From Candidatus Ozemobacteraceae bacterium (GTDB lineage: Bacteria; Muiribacteriota; Ozemobacteria; Ozemobacterales; Ozemobacteraceae), in NCBI GenBank assembly GCA_965140445.1, contig OZ223236.1, positions 2,048,001 through 2,112,000 of the forward strand: a stretch of 64,000 nucleotides of DNA, in the 5' to 3' direction. Under the pieces are notes generated by a model that made no database searches, was not told the origin of the DNA, and worked only from the letters and a program-made list of their open reading frames with translations. The position numbers and the translations under genes are program-made. Each line of letters opens with the position of its first letter. The stretch's first letter is position 1. Shown here one piece after another: positions 28,709 through 38,806 of this stretch.

Positions 28709-30271
28709 TTGGAAAATTGGGTTGTAAATGAAGCTACATTAAAGAACTCTGGTGCCATTGCTGCATTTTTTCTAGCATTTGTCTTTTTATCTGCTGGCTG
28801 GCGGACTCTTTTGCACATTGCGCGAAAGAGAAAGGAAGATAAGATAAGCCAAATCGCTGGAACAATTCTTATGCCAGGATATTTGCTTATTGGAGCAGTT
28901 TGTTTTCATTTCTGTTTAAATTATCTTGGGCCTGAAGTTGTTAAACCCGGAATTTTTATTTTTTCCTCTATTCTGTTAGACGCGGCGCTGGTAACAATTT
29001 TTGGAGAAATTCTATTTGCCGTTGGCTTGGGTTACTATAGTAAAACCAGATCAGGAGAAGAGTTTCCCAGTATTTTCAGGCAGATTTTAAAAGGATTGAT
29101 CTACTTAATTGTTTTTCTTTCCTTTATGTCAAATACTTACCATGTTGATATTACGCCGCTATTAACCACTTCAGCTGTTTTTACAATGGTGCTCGGTCTT
29201 GCGTTGCAGGATGTTTTGGGCAATTTATTCTCCGGCCTGTCTGTACACATTTCTCCCCCGTTCAAGATTGGAGATTGGATTCAGATAAATGGACTAATGG
29301 GGAAAGTAGTAGAATCAAACTGGAGAGCAACCACGCTTAAATTGCCCTCAAAAGCAACATTTATCCTTCCCAATAACGATATTGCCAGAAAGGATATTTT
29401 GAATTTTTCTGATGATTCTGGCGTAATGTTTAAAGAATTTAAGGTGGGATTGCCTTATGATGTATCTCCTGAAAGAATTCGAAATGTATTGCTGGGCGCA
29501 TGCAAACAGGTAGATTCTATAAAGGATAGTCCTGCGCCAACCGTTATTATGGGCGAGTTCAAAGATTTTGCAATTGAATATACTGTAAGGTTTTGGTTGG
29601 CTAATGAAGAAAATCCTGACCGTGTTAATAGCGAACTTTCTTCGAGGGTTTGGTATCGTTTGAAAAGAGAGGGAATTTCAGTTCCATTCCCGATTAGAGA
29701 TGTTTATGTTCATCAGGAAAAGGATAGTCACCAGAAAACAATTGAGCACCGTTTGAGTTTAATTTCAGGAATTGATTTTCTTAAAGATCTGGAGAAGGAA
29801 TGGAAATCTTATATTGCCGAAAGACTTGAAGAATGCTGGTATGAGACTGGTGAAGTCATTGTAAAAGAAAATGATGCTGATTCGGATTTCTTTATTGTTG
29901 ATCGCGGAGAAGTTGCTGTAACTCTACGCAAAACTGGGCGAAAACCTGTGGCAAAGTTGGGGCAGGGCGAGTTTTTTGGCGAAATGTCACTGCTTACAGG
30001 TGAAAAGCGCTCTGCGACAGTGTCTGCAGAGTCTGAAACAAGATTGTTAAAGCTTAGCAAAGATACTATGGCTCATTTGCTGGGAGAAAACGCGAAATTG
30101 GCTGAAAAGTTGAGTGTGGTGCTCTCAGAGAGAAATCAACAGAATCAGGAACTTATCAAAAACCAAAGCATGTATTATGCTGCTGTTTCAGCAGGTAGAC
30201 GCGCTGATTATGAAGGGGCAAGTAAAGCAGCCATTTTGCAGAAAATCAGGAGCTTTTTCAAATTATACTAA
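28709..30271 (+). CDS. MscS-family channel with C-terminal cyclic-nucleotide-binding domain
   Basis: GLALQDVLGNLFSG, PFKIGDWI, NWRAT; FFGEMSLL..RSATV. Confidence 0.92.
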   Translation: MENWVVNEATLKNSGAIAAFFLAFVFLSAGWRTLLHIARKRKEDKISQIAGTILMPGYLLIGAVCFHFCLNYLGPEVVKPGIFIFSSILLDAALVTIFGEILFAVGLGYYSKTRSGEEFPSIFRQILKGLIYLIVFLSFMSNTYHVDITPLLTTSAVFTMVLGLALQDVLGNLFSGLSVHISPPFKIGDWIQINGLMGKVVESNWRATTLKLPSKATFILPNNDIARKDILNFSDDSGVMFKEFKVGLPYDVSPERIRNVLLGACKQVDSIKDSPAPTVIMGEFKDFAIEYTVRFWLANEENPDRVNSELSSRVWYRLKREGISVPFPIRDVYVHQEKDSHQKTIEHRLSLISGIDFLKDLEKEWKSYIAERLEECWYETGEVIVKENDADSDFFIVDRGEVAVTLRKTGRKPVAKLGQGEFFGEMSLLTGEKRSATVSAESETRLLKLSKDTMAHLLGENAKLAEKLSVVLSERNQQNQELIKNQSMYYAAVSAGRRADYEGASKAAILQKIRSFFKLY

Positions 30272-30553
30272 GAGCTTCTATTGCTATTGACTTGAATTAA
30301 AATTTTGCTCACTCGTTTTTTAGCCTTTAAATACGTGGCTTTAAATGACGTGAGCAAATTTTCTTAACAGCTGCCCTGTAAAAATGTATCATTGTAAAGA
30401 CTGGGCCATAAAATTGAATGACAATTTGCTAGCGATTTTAATCATTTTGCAGAGAACTAAAAATTTGTAGCTGCAGATGTTTGCTCCAAAAAATGGAAAA
30501 ATATAGTTTAGGTGCTCGCTTAAAACCGTATTTTTCAATATAGGAATAACGAT

Positions 30554-32335
30554 TTGAAAAATATAGACAAAATTTTTTTTAACCTGATTATCGGGACTTT
30601 TGTTTTTTTATTATTTTCTCAAAATTTTATTGGGCGTGCTTTTGCTGTTCCTGGATTTAACGGAAGTGCTGTTTCTGCTTCGTCAGCAGAAGCAGATGAG
30701 GGAGAGGGTTACACACCGGGTATAATCACTCACCCGAACACTATGGCGACCGTTAAATACCAGGGGAAGATGATCCGGGTTAAAATTGTTGATCGGGAAG
30801 TTAATCCTGGAGGCCGCACTCACGAAACTTTAGAAACCGATGATGGCAAATTATTATCCAAAACTATATATCGTAATGGAGAAGTTTTAATTTATGATTA
30901 TGGGTTCAGGAAAAAAAGTTCCGGGAGTGGATCTACAAATGTTTCCCCAGAAAAGTCTGGAAATAAAAAGCGAACTGTAGTTCCGAAAAATAATAGATCT
31001 GTTAAAAAGAAGAGAACTTCCACCGCAAAAACGAATCAGAATCGACAACCGATTGTAAGTGGGAAAAAATATAAATCTGAAGACGAATTTAGAAAAGCAA
31101 ACAATATTCCACCAAGAACTACAAAAGAAAAAGTTATTGAAGTTGCTGTTAAAGGATTGACAACGGTTGGTGTTTTGGGGCTTTTATACTTTGTCTTTGC
31201 TCCTACTAAAGTTGCTGCTACTTCAGTTGCCTCAACTGCAGTGGGAAGTGCTGTTGAAGCTTATGGTAGTTCCGGGGCTTCGGGAATCGCTGGTGGTGGA
31301 GATTTACCAATTGATGGAATGAGCGGCGACGAAATTTCTGGAGAAGTTTATACTGAGGCAGATGTTGAATTGCCAGAGCCGCCAAAACCGGGGGAAACCC
31401 GAAGTTATACTGATGAAAATGGTTCCAGATGGACCGAAGTTTATGACGGCCAGAACTGGGTTGACCATAAGAGCTACGATGCTGCAAAAAATCAAATTGC
31501 AGACAATCAGGAGTGGATGGAAAAAGAAAGAATTAAACAGCAAAGCCATGATACAGCTTTTGACAGAGAGCTGGCTCAAAATAAAGTTGATCTTGAAAAT
31601 CAGATAAGTGATATTCACAAAAGAAATATGGGCCAAATTCGTGAAAATCTGGAATTGGTTCAAAGTGGGGATGAGATGCTGCAAGCTATGAATGAGAGAG
31701 CATTGCAGAGGATTGAAAAAATAAATGATGTTATTGATACAGGCAAAGCATTGGCGGACGTGGCTTTACCTGTGATTGGTGCAGCGGTTGGAGGAGCTCC
31801 TGCTTTTGTTGCTGGAACTGGATATACTATTTTCAGCGAGATTGGAGCAGGAGTGGGTAACGTTATTGCTGATCCAACCAGAAATATAGTTGCTGAAGTA
31901 GGAAAGGGCGTCGCAAGGGGAGCAGTAAATGTCATAGTTGGTGAAGGTTTAAATTCAGCCATGTCACTGGGTGGAAAAGCCTTGAGTGCCGGTCTAAAGT
32001 CTGGTCTGGATAAGGCTGCCTTTAAAAAAGCATTTAGTTCAACACCTTTAAATCCAACTATTCCAGTTGAAGAGCTTAGGCAGATGTACAGAAACCTGAA
32101 AAATGGAGTTTCGGTTTCCAGTGGAACTGGAACCAAGTTAGCAAACAAGTCAATTACTCAGATTGGAAAGATCCTATCTGGCAAGGGCGGTGCAATACCA
32201 AGAACGCAGGGGGCTCAACTTGCCGATCAGGCATTTTCAGACATTAAGGATGGCGTCTATTCTTCCATCAGAGGAAATCTTGTGGATTCAAGACTTGGTG
32301 GTGCAATAAATGAAAGACTTTGGGGGAAAACATAA
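30554..32335 (+). CDS. hypothetical multi-segment membrane protein
   Basis: Signal peptide, basic linker, TM, Gly/Ser-rich and acidic region, coiled coil, Gly/Ala hydrophobic hairpin. Confidence 0.65.
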   Translation: MKNIDKIFFNLIIGTFVFLLFSQNFIGRAFAVPGFNGSAVSASSAEADEGEGYTPGIITHPNTMATVKYQGKMIRVKIVDREVNPGGRTHETLETDDGKLLSKTIYRNGEVLIYDYGFRKKSSGSGSTNVSPEKSGNKKRTVVPKNNRSVKKKRTSTAKTNQNRQPIVSGKKYKSEDEFRKANNIPPRTTKEKVIEVAVKGLTTVGVLGLLYFVFAPTKVAATSVASTAVGSAVEAYGSSGASGIAGGGDLPIDGMSGDEISGEVYTEADVELPEPPKPGETRSYTDENGSRWTEVYDGQNWVDHKSYDAAKNQIADNQEWMEKERIKQQSHDTAFDRELAQNKVDLENQISDIHKRNMGQIRENLELVQSGDEMLQAMNERALQRIEKINDVIDTGKALADVALPVIGAAVGGAPAFVAGTGYTIFSEIGAGVGNVIADPTRNIVAEVGKGVARGAVNVIVGEGLNSAMSLGGKALSAGLKSGLDKAAFKKAFSSTPLNPTIPVEELRQMYRNLKNGVSVSSGTGTKLANKSITQIGKILSGKGGAIPRTQGAQLADQAFSDIKDGVYSSIRGNLVDSRLGGAINERLWGKT

Positions 32336-32336
32336 A

Positions 32337-33431
32337 ATGAAACAATTAAATTTACCCATTGATACGCTCAATATGCTCCATCAATGGTTACCTTTTGAAG
32401 CTGGGGTCTTGTTTCCATTTAAATTGGAAGATACTTCTGCAAACGGCAGAATTGAGGCTATGTTAACTAAGGCTGGTTTTTTATCGGCTGAGGGTAAGCT
32501 ATCAGCAGAGGCTCACGAGATTTTTTCGATAATCGCTGAAGCAAATAATACATCCAAAATTAGATTTTTGGTTGAAGGGGATTTACTTGATTATCAAGTC
32601 TTTTTCTCCAAAGACAGTAGTAAAACTGTGTCCTTAAAGCGTGGAACAAATGGTTTCACTGTTGCTTCTCCATCCCCATCTAAGGAGATTGTTGATTTAA
32701 TTACCAGTTTCTCAGGAATGGGGCCATTTGGAACTGTTCCTGCCAAATGGGTATTGAATAATCCGGAGTCCATAGTGTTGGGAGCTATTATTGATGCTAT
32801 TCGGCGCAATATAATGAGCTCATTAGCCAAAGATGAAGAGAGTTTTATGGCTGATATCCCACTAGAGCGAATTCAAGAAATTTGTTTAAAAGCTGATTTG
32901 AATGCTAACTGGTTAATATGGGCTATAAAGAGCTTCGTTTATGAAGACATTGATTGTTCAGAAGATTTAGTTCGAGAAGCAATTTTAAGCCTGGAAGAGA
33001 AAAAACTTGTTAAATTGGAAGATTCGAATGTTATCCCGTGTCAGTCAGTTGTTTTTACTGCACGGAAACTTTTACACCTGAATTGCCTCTATCTTGTTGA
33101 TTCGTTCTCGGTTAAAACAGAGGAAGGTGCTCAGAAATCCCGTTTTAGTGTTATTCAAAATGGAATCAGAGAACTGTTATTACTTGATACAAATGGCGAG
33201 AATATTGCCTGGCAAGGGATTTCTGGAGAAGTTCTGATAACTCTGTTATTAAAGAATCTAGTTGGGACTGCCCCTGATGAAGAAGTTCGGCAAGAATCCA
33301 CTTCTCAAAAGAAACCCGCAACTAAGCCCGCGGCTAAAACAACCCGGTCGTCTCCTTCAAAATGTCCTGCATGCGGGAAGGACCTCAAGAAGAATGCTAA
33401 GTTCTGCTCAAAATGCGGAGAAACCATTTAA
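32337..33431 (+). CDS. hypothetical protein with C-terminal zinc ribbon
   Basis: CPACG...FCSKCG at C-terminus after a Pro/Thr/Lys linker. Confidence 0.7.
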   Translation: MKQLNLPIDTLNMLHQWLPFEAGVLFPFKLEDTSANGRIEAMLTKAGFLSAEGKLSAEAHEIFSIIAEANNTSKIRFLVEGDLLDYQVFFSKDSSKTVSLKRGTNGFTVASPSPSKEIVDLITSFSGMGPFGTVPAKWVLNNPESIVLGAIIDAIRRNIMSSLAKDEESFMADIPLERIQEICLKADLNANWLIWAIKSFVYEDIDCSEDLVREAILSLEEKKLVKLEDSNVIPCQSVVFTARKLLHLNCLYLVDSFSVKTEEGAQKSRFSVIQNGIRELLLLDTNGENIAWQGISGEVLITLLLKNLVGTAPDEEVRQESTSQKKPATKPAAKTTRSSPSKCPACGKDLKKNAKFCSKCGETI

Positions 33432-33457
33432 TTTTTTACTTAAATTAGGAGCCAGTA

Positions 33458-34342
33458 ATGTCAGAGACTCCAGTAGCTTTCTTATGTGCTAAATGTGCCC
33501 AGAAGTATTCTTCTGATGGGATTTGTCCAGATTGTAATATTTCTCTTATTCCTTTGACCACTATTGATTGTAAAGAATGCGGTGCCGAGGTTAAGGCAAC
33601 AGCAAAGCATTGTTCAAAGTGCGGCAATGTTTTGCTATCAAAGTGTAAAAATTGTGGAACAATAATTGAAGCTGATGACGCTTTTTGCCCAGATTGTGGC
33701 ACCAAGTCACAAAATGAGGTTGAAGATCTGCCAGAAGCGAAGAAAAGAGGTTTTGAATCTGATCTGGTTAGTGGTGAAAGGATGATCGCTCTGGTTTATG
33801 AGCCTCTTCCATTACATCGCTTTCATGAAGAGTTTCCTTTTTTAAGGGAGCCTGACACTGAAGAATACAATGCTGCAATAGAAAAGGGATTAGCCTTAGC
33901 TGAAGAAACTCCTGTGAAAATGCGCCTTGCTTCTTCTCCAAGGCGTTGGGCGATTCAGAGACCCAGTGGTTTTCGACGTTTTCTGGTGATGGTTACCGAC
34001 ATATGTTTATGGATTTTAACTATGGTTTCCATAATGATCCTTTTTGCTGGAGATGAATCTGGTGGTGGCTTATTAAGATCAATGGGGGTTAAGGAAGAGG
34101 GATTGTTAGCTCTTTTTAGATTGATCTGGTTCGTAGCAAGCTATTTCATTTATACTTTAGGGGCAGAATTACTACTTTGGACAACCGTAGGCGGTTTAAT
34201 TTTTGGAACCCGTGTAGTTGATGAATATGGCAATAAACTATCATTTTGGAAGCTGTTGAAACGCTCTATTGGTAAATTGTTTGCACCTATTTTATTCATT
34301 TTTGGTGGCCTGGCAAACGATCATGAGATTGTTATGCGCTGA
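33458..34342 (+). CDS. zinc-ribbon (DZR) plus RDD-family membrane protein
   Basis: Six CxxC motifs; RRFLVMVTD and TVGGLIFGTRVVDEYG RDD-like motifs. Confidence 0.75.
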   Translation: MSETPVAFLCAKCAQKYSSDGICPDCNISLIPLTTIDCKECGAEVKATAKHCSKCGNVLLSKCKNCGTIIEADDAFCPDCGTKSQNEVEDLPEAKKRGFESDLVSGERMIALVYEPLPLHRFHEEFPFLREPDTEEYNAAIEKGLALAEETPVKMRLASSPRRWAIQRPSGFRRFLVMVTDICLWILTMVSIMILFAGDESGGGLLRSMGVKEEGLLALFRLIWFVASYFIYTLGAELLLWTTVGGLIFGTRVVDEYGNKLSFWKLLKRSIGKLFAPILFIFGGLANDHEIVMR

Positions 34343-34404
34343 TTTCAATAATTTGCAGCCTGGAGATAGCCTAAGACCTTATATGACTGAGGTTCTCAGA
34401 AAAA

Positions 34405-34433
34405 TTGACGGATTAAACTCCCATTGATATAAT
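34405..34433 (+). promoter_or_regulatory. sigma-70 promoter TTGACG-N17-TATAAT
   Basis: Near-perfect consensus. Confidence 0.7.
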
Positions 34434-34463
34434 CAAAAAATTAAGTTTTACCTTGGAGTTGTA

Positions 34464-34790
34464 ATGAGGAAGGTTTATAAAAAAGTAGTTACCTCTTTCA
34501 AAATGCAAGTTAAGCGTAGATATTTAATGCTTTTGAAGCAGGAAACCGTAGAAGATGGTTTGAAGCGAAGAAGAGGTGAGTGCTTGGGATGTGGTGCTTG
34601 TTGCCAGTCTTCATTCCCCTGCCCATTCTTGTTTAAGAGCGAAGACGGAAGGCTTTTGTGTAAAATACACGAAACTAAGCCCGATGTTTGTAAAACATAT
34701 CCTTTTAATGAAGAAGATGTTTTTCCACATACAAAAGGCAAATGTGGATATTATTTTGTTGAAGAAGACGAAGAAAATACCAAAAACTAG
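34464..34790 (+). CDS. YkgJ-family CxxCxxCC cysteine-cluster protein
   Basis: CLGCGACC, CPFL, CKIHETKPDVCKTYPF. Confidence 0.85.
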   Translation: MRKVYKKVVTSFKMQVKRRYLMLLKQETVEDGLKRRRGECLGCGACCQSSFPCPFLFKSEDGRLLCKIHETKPDVCKTYPFNEEDVFPHTKGKCGYYFVEEDEENTKN

Positions 34791-34795
34791 TAAAC

Positions 34796-34826
34796 AAAAA
34801 TCCCCCGAGAATATCGGGGGATTTTT
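34796..34826. terminator. bidirectional intrinsic terminator
   Basis: AAAAATCCCCCGA...TCGGGGGATTTTT between convergent genes. Confidence 0.85.
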
Positions 34827-34837
34827 AATTTTAGAGC

Positions 34838-36256
34838 TTAGGAAATTCTTTGAAGCTTCATTATATTGGTATTGCCTTTAACTCCCAGCGGAACACCAGC
34901 AACAATTACTACTATGTCTCCGGTTTTTACTAATCCTTGTTCCTTCATGGTAGTTTCGACCATATTGATCATTTCATCTGTGTTTCTCATGTCCTTAACC
35001 AGAATTGGCTCAACTCCCCAGCTTAGCGAAAGCCTTCGGCAGGCTTCACTTCTTGGAGTAAGCGCATAAACAGGTGTTGGTGGATGATATTTAGATATAT
35101 TCAGTGCTGTGTTGCCGCTATGGGTGTAGGCTACAATTGCAGCAGCATTTACATCTAATGCTGCTTCGCAAGCCGAATGAGCAACAATCTCTTCGATTTC
35201 TTTTTCAACCTCTGGAAGCAGATGGGTTAGTCTTTCATTATCATTAAAAGAGATTTTTTCCGCTTCATGGGCAATGGCGGCCATCATGTTTACGGTTTCT
35301 ACAGGATTTTTGCCTGAAGCAGTTTCTCCGGAGAGCATTACAGCATCTGAACCTTCCAGAATTGCATTGAAAACGTCTGTTGTTTCAGCTCTAGTTGGTC
35401 TTTGGTTTTCAATCATTGATTCAAGCATCTGGGTAGCTGTAATAACTGAAACTCCTCTTCTGCTGCAACGTTCAAGAATGTGCCTTTGTAAAGCAGGAAC
35501 TTGCTGGATTGGCATTTCAACGCCCAGGTCACCGCGAGCAATCATAATGCCTTCAACCAGACTCAGAATTTTTTCCAGTTCCTGAATTGCCTCTGGTTTT
35601 TCAATCTTAGCAATAATTTTTATCTGACTGTCGCCAATTAGTTCTATTAATTGCTCAATGTCTTCAGCTTTCCTAACGAAGCTAAGAGCAACAAAATCCA
35701 GATTGTTTTCAATCATGAACTTCAGGTCAGAGATGTCTTTTTCGGTTATGGTTTCTATTGACAAAGGTATATCAGGCATGTTCATGCCTTTTTTATCCTT
35801 TAAAATTCCCCCATCTGTAACAATAAAATTCACTTTATCAGATTCGACAGATTTTACTTTCAAAGACAAGTTTCCGTCGTCCAGCAAAATAATATTTCCA
35901 GGTTTAAGATCTTTAGTCAGATATGGGTAGGAAGTTCCAATTCCCTGTTTTGAGCCCGGCTCGTCGTTGTTCTCGCTAAGGTAGAACTCATCACCGATTG
36001 CTAATTTTATTGGTCCGTCTGTAAACTTACCAATTCTAATTTTTGGACCACATAGATCGCCTAAAATTCCCACTTCTTTGTTCAGTTTTTGCGAAACTGA
36101 TCTGATGTTTTTGATGTATTCAGCGTGGCTTTCGTGCGTTCCATGAGAAAAATTTAATCTAAATACATTTGCTCCACTTAGGATTAGCTCTTCGATAACT
36201 TCAGGCGAAAAGGACGCTGGACCAAGTGTAGCAACTATTTTTGTTCTTTTTTTCAT
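34838..36256 (-). CDS. pyk: pyruvate kinase
   Basis: RTKIVATLGP, RLNFSHG, AKIEK, IARGDLG, ATQMLESM, MLSGETA. Confidence 0.98.
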   Translation of the reverse strand: MKKRTKIVATLGPASFSPEVIEELILSGANVFRLNFSHGTHESHAEYIKNIRSVSQKLNKEVGILGDLCGPKIRIGKFTDGPIKLAIGDEFYLSENNDEPGSKQGIGTSYPYLTKDLKPGNIILLDDGNLSLKVKSVESDKVNFIVTDGGILKDKKGMNMPDIPLSIETITEKDISDLKFMIENNLDFVALSFVRKAEDIEQLIELIGDSQIKIIAKIEKPEAIQELEKILSLVEGIMIARGDLGVEMPIQQVPALQRHILERCSRRGVSVITATQMLESMIENQRPTRAETTDVFNAILEGSDAVMLSGETASGKNPVETVNMMAAIAHEAEKISFNDNERLTHLLPEVEKEIEEIVAHSACEAALDVNAAAIVAYTHSGNTALNISKYHPPTPVYALTPRSEACRRLSLSWGVEPILVKDMRNTDEMINMVETTMKEQGLVKTGDIVVIVAGVPLGVKGNTNIMKLQRIS

Positions 36257-36358
36257 TATGCCCCCGGTAACTGATTGTAAACATAGTGTTGTTTATTAAG
36301 GCAAGAATACAGCTGGAAAATAAACTTTTCAAGGTTATAAAAAATTTGTTTTCCAGCT

Positions 36359-36385
36359 TCGAAATTAGTTCAAAGGTGCCGATAC
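36359..36385 (+). promoter_or_regulatory. possible sigma-28-like promoter TCGA-N15-GCCGATAC
   Basis: Good -10 element, weak -35. Confidence 0.4.
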
Positions 36386-36438
36386 CATCTAGGAATAAAT
36401 ATATAAAAATGTCTTTGCAAAAAGACAGGAGGCAAACT

Positions 36439-38076
36439 ATGAAAAGACTGATTTTGGCATTTTCTTTCATTCTTCTGATAGCTCTTCCTGCTTCTTCATT
36501 AAGCTTTGATGCCCTTCCAAACTACCAGGACGAAGGAATGAAGTTGTATATAAGAGGCACGAGCAAACTTCAGGAAAAGGACTTTGTTGGGTCAATTTCA
36601 GATCTACGCCAGGCCGTAAGACTTCGACCAGATATTGCAGAAGCATTTCACAACCTTGGATATGCTTTTGAAAGAACTGGTGACTTTAAAAATGCAGCAA
36701 AGGCTTATGAAAGAGCATTATCTGTCAAGCCAAACTATCCATCTGCTTTAAATAATCTGGGGTTTTTGCTTGCCACAACAGAAGCCGATCCTAGAAAAGC
36801 AGTTATGTTTTGCCAGAAAGCGGTAGAACTTCAACCCAATTCGGCTAGTTTTCAGGATTCTCTTGGTTGGGCATATTACAAAGCCAATCAGCCAGAAGAT
36901 GCAAAAAGACATTTCATGGCTTCAATAAAGGTAGATCCAACTTTCTTTAAATCTCACTTTAATCTTGGTTTGGTTGAATTTACTCAAAAGAATTATCAAC
37001 AAGCTGCCAGGCACTTTAAATCAGCGATACAGCTTAATCCTGGCTATTTAAAGGCATACGTCCCCCTTGCCGGATGTTATGAAAAGTTAAAAGACAATAA
37101 TCGCGCTTTATATGTTTATCAGCAGGCACTGGCAAAAGCTCCGGAGTCTTCTCAAATAAGAAAACATCTTGATAACAAGGTTAAAAATTTAACCAGAGCA
37201 AGTAAGAAATTCTATTTCAAAAATGTGAAGAAGATCCAGGGAAGTTCAAAGCTTCAGGAGTTTTTAAACAAAAAATCCAGAGGATCCATGATGGCAAGCA
37301 GTAATGTTGCTCCAACAGCTCCCAATCCATTGGGTTCAAACAGTAGTTTTACTCCTGTTAGTGTTACACCTTCGCCTATATCACCTGTGCAAAACTTTAG
37401 CGCTGCTCCGCAGTTTAGCGCTGCTCCGCAGTTTAGAGCTGCTGCGCCAAAGCCGGTGGAAGATACTTCGTGGATGGATTCCTATACTAAACCTACAGTA
37501 TTGGGACGCCAGCTTACAGTAAAGCAAGAGAGAGAACTTGAAAGAAGATATTCTTTGAGCAAATCATACCTTGATCGCGGTTTGACCAAAGAAGCTGAGA
37601 AAGAGTTAAAGTTGATTTTGAGCCAGGCATCAAGTGATTCTACGGTCGGAAGACAGGCTAGAAATCTTCTTCTAAGAGTGAAGAAAAAACTCGAAGCCAA
37701 AGAAAATGAATTGGCTTCGACCCATAAAGATATGGGAAAAGACTTTTTCAGATCCGGACAATTTGACATGGCAGAAGCTGAATTTAAAAAGGCTCTTAAC
37801 CTTGATTCAGAAAATGCGGAAGTTTATAAGGATATGGCCCTTCTTCATTACAATATGGGCCGCTTTCAGGAAGCCTATGAAGAATGTAAAAAAGCCATTG
37901 CTCTTGATAGAACATTAAAAGAAGCATATGTAGTTCTAGGTTCTCTTTATGCAAGAAAAGGGCGATCTGAAGATGCTCTTAGAACGTTAAAGAGAGTTAA
38001 AGAAATTTCTGGAAACCGAGATGCGGTTGATGAACTGGCGGAAAGAATGATCGCCTCACTTTCAAGCGAATACTAA
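36439..38076 (+). CDS. exported TPR-repeat protein with Pro/Ser-rich linker
   Basis: AGGAGG RBS, signal peptide, many TPRs at both ends. Confidence 0.85.
   Translation: MKRLILAFSFILLIALPASSLSFDALPNYQDEGMKLYIRGTSKLQEKDFVGSISDLRQAVRLRPDIAEAFHNLGYAFERTGDFKNAAKAYERALSVKPNYPSALNNLGFLLATTEADPRKAVMFCQKAVELQPNSASFQDSLGWAYYKANQPEDAKRHFMASIKVDPTFFKSHFNLGLVEFTQKNYQQAARHFKSAIQLNPGYLKAYVPLAGCYEKLKDNNRALYVYQQALAKAPESSQIRKHLDNKVKNLTRASKKFYFKNVKKIQGSSKLQEFLNKKSRGSMMASSNVAPTAPNPLGSNSSFTPVSVTPSPISPVQNFSAAPQFSAAPQFRAAAPKPVEDTSWMDSYTKPTVLGRQLTVKQERELERRYSLSKSYLDRGLTKEAEKELKLILSQASSDSTVGRQARNLLLRVKKKLEAKENELASTHKDMGKDFFRSGQFDMAEAEFKKALNLDSENAEVYKDMALLHYNMGRFQEAYEECKKAIALDRTLKEAYVVLGSLYARKGRSEDALRTLKRVKEISGNRDAVDELAERMIASLSSEY
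37396..37449 (+). repeat. 18-bp in-frame tandem repeat, three copies (FSAAPQ)
   Basis: TTTAGCGCTGCTCCGCAG twice exactly, plus TTTAGAGCTGCTGCGCCA. Confidence 0.9.
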
Positions 38077-38077
38077 G

Positions 38078-38785
38078 ATGATTGTAGAAAACCACAAAGA
38101 ATATTTGTGCGCCTTCTCAGATTTCAGCGATGGAGATCTTTCTTTTTATCTCCACGAAGAAGAGGAAAATAAAAAGAACTGGAATAATCTGCAGATTGTT
38201 AAAGACCAAAATTTGAACTTCCCAGCCTTTGCTCATCAAATTCACGAAGATGGAATTTTCATAGTAGAAACAGAACAACCAACTTCTCCTGTTTCTGAGT
38301 CTGACGCACTTATAACTCATTTAAACAATACGCCTATTGGAGTCTTTTCAGCAGATTGTTTGCCGGTTTTAATTTGTTCGCCTCTAGCTGTGGCTGCTGT
38401 TCATGCCGGTTGGAAAAGCACCAGGATTAATATTTCCGGGAAAACAGTAAAAAAAATGATCGAAAGATTTGGGACTAAACCGGAAGAAGTTAAAGTTTTT
38501 ATTGGACCTTCTATTGGAACTTGCTGTCTGGAAATGGGTGAAGAAATAAAACCTTCATTTATTGAAGCTGATCCTGAATCTGAAGCTTTTTTTGAAAAAA
38601 GGCAAAAGTGGCATCTGGATCTCAAGGGCTTGAATCAATTTCAAATCACCCGCGAAGGAATTCCAAAAGAAAATATTAAGATTTTTGACGAATGTACGTT
38701 CTGTCAGGAAAAAAAATTCTTTTCTTACAGAAGGCAAAAACAGCGGAACGGAAGCATGTTTTCGTTTGTCGTTAAGAAGTGCTGA
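38078..38785 (+). CDS. pgeF: YfiH/PgeF family peptidoglycan-editing factor / purine nucleoside enzyme
   Basis: HQIH, SADCLP, HAGW, IGPSI, FFSYRR. Confidence 0.9.
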   Translation: MIVENHKEYLCAFSDFSDGDLSFYLHEEEENKKNWNNLQIVKDQNLNFPAFAHQIHEDGIFIVETEQPTSPVSESDALITHLNNTPIGVFSADCLPVLICSPLAVAAVHAGWKSTRINISGKTVKKMIERFGTKPEEVKVFIGPSIGTCCLEMGEEIKPSFIEADPESEAFFEKRQKWHLDLKGLNQFQITREGIPKENIKIFDECTFCQEKKFFSYRRQKQRNGSMFSFVVKKC

Positions 38786-38806
38786 GCAAAAAAAACATTC
38801 ATTAAC

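Noticed and set aside
30400..30420. Possible sigma-54 promoter GG-N10-GA upstream of the orphan triad
   Set aside because: Lacks the -12 GC and the TGGCAC core
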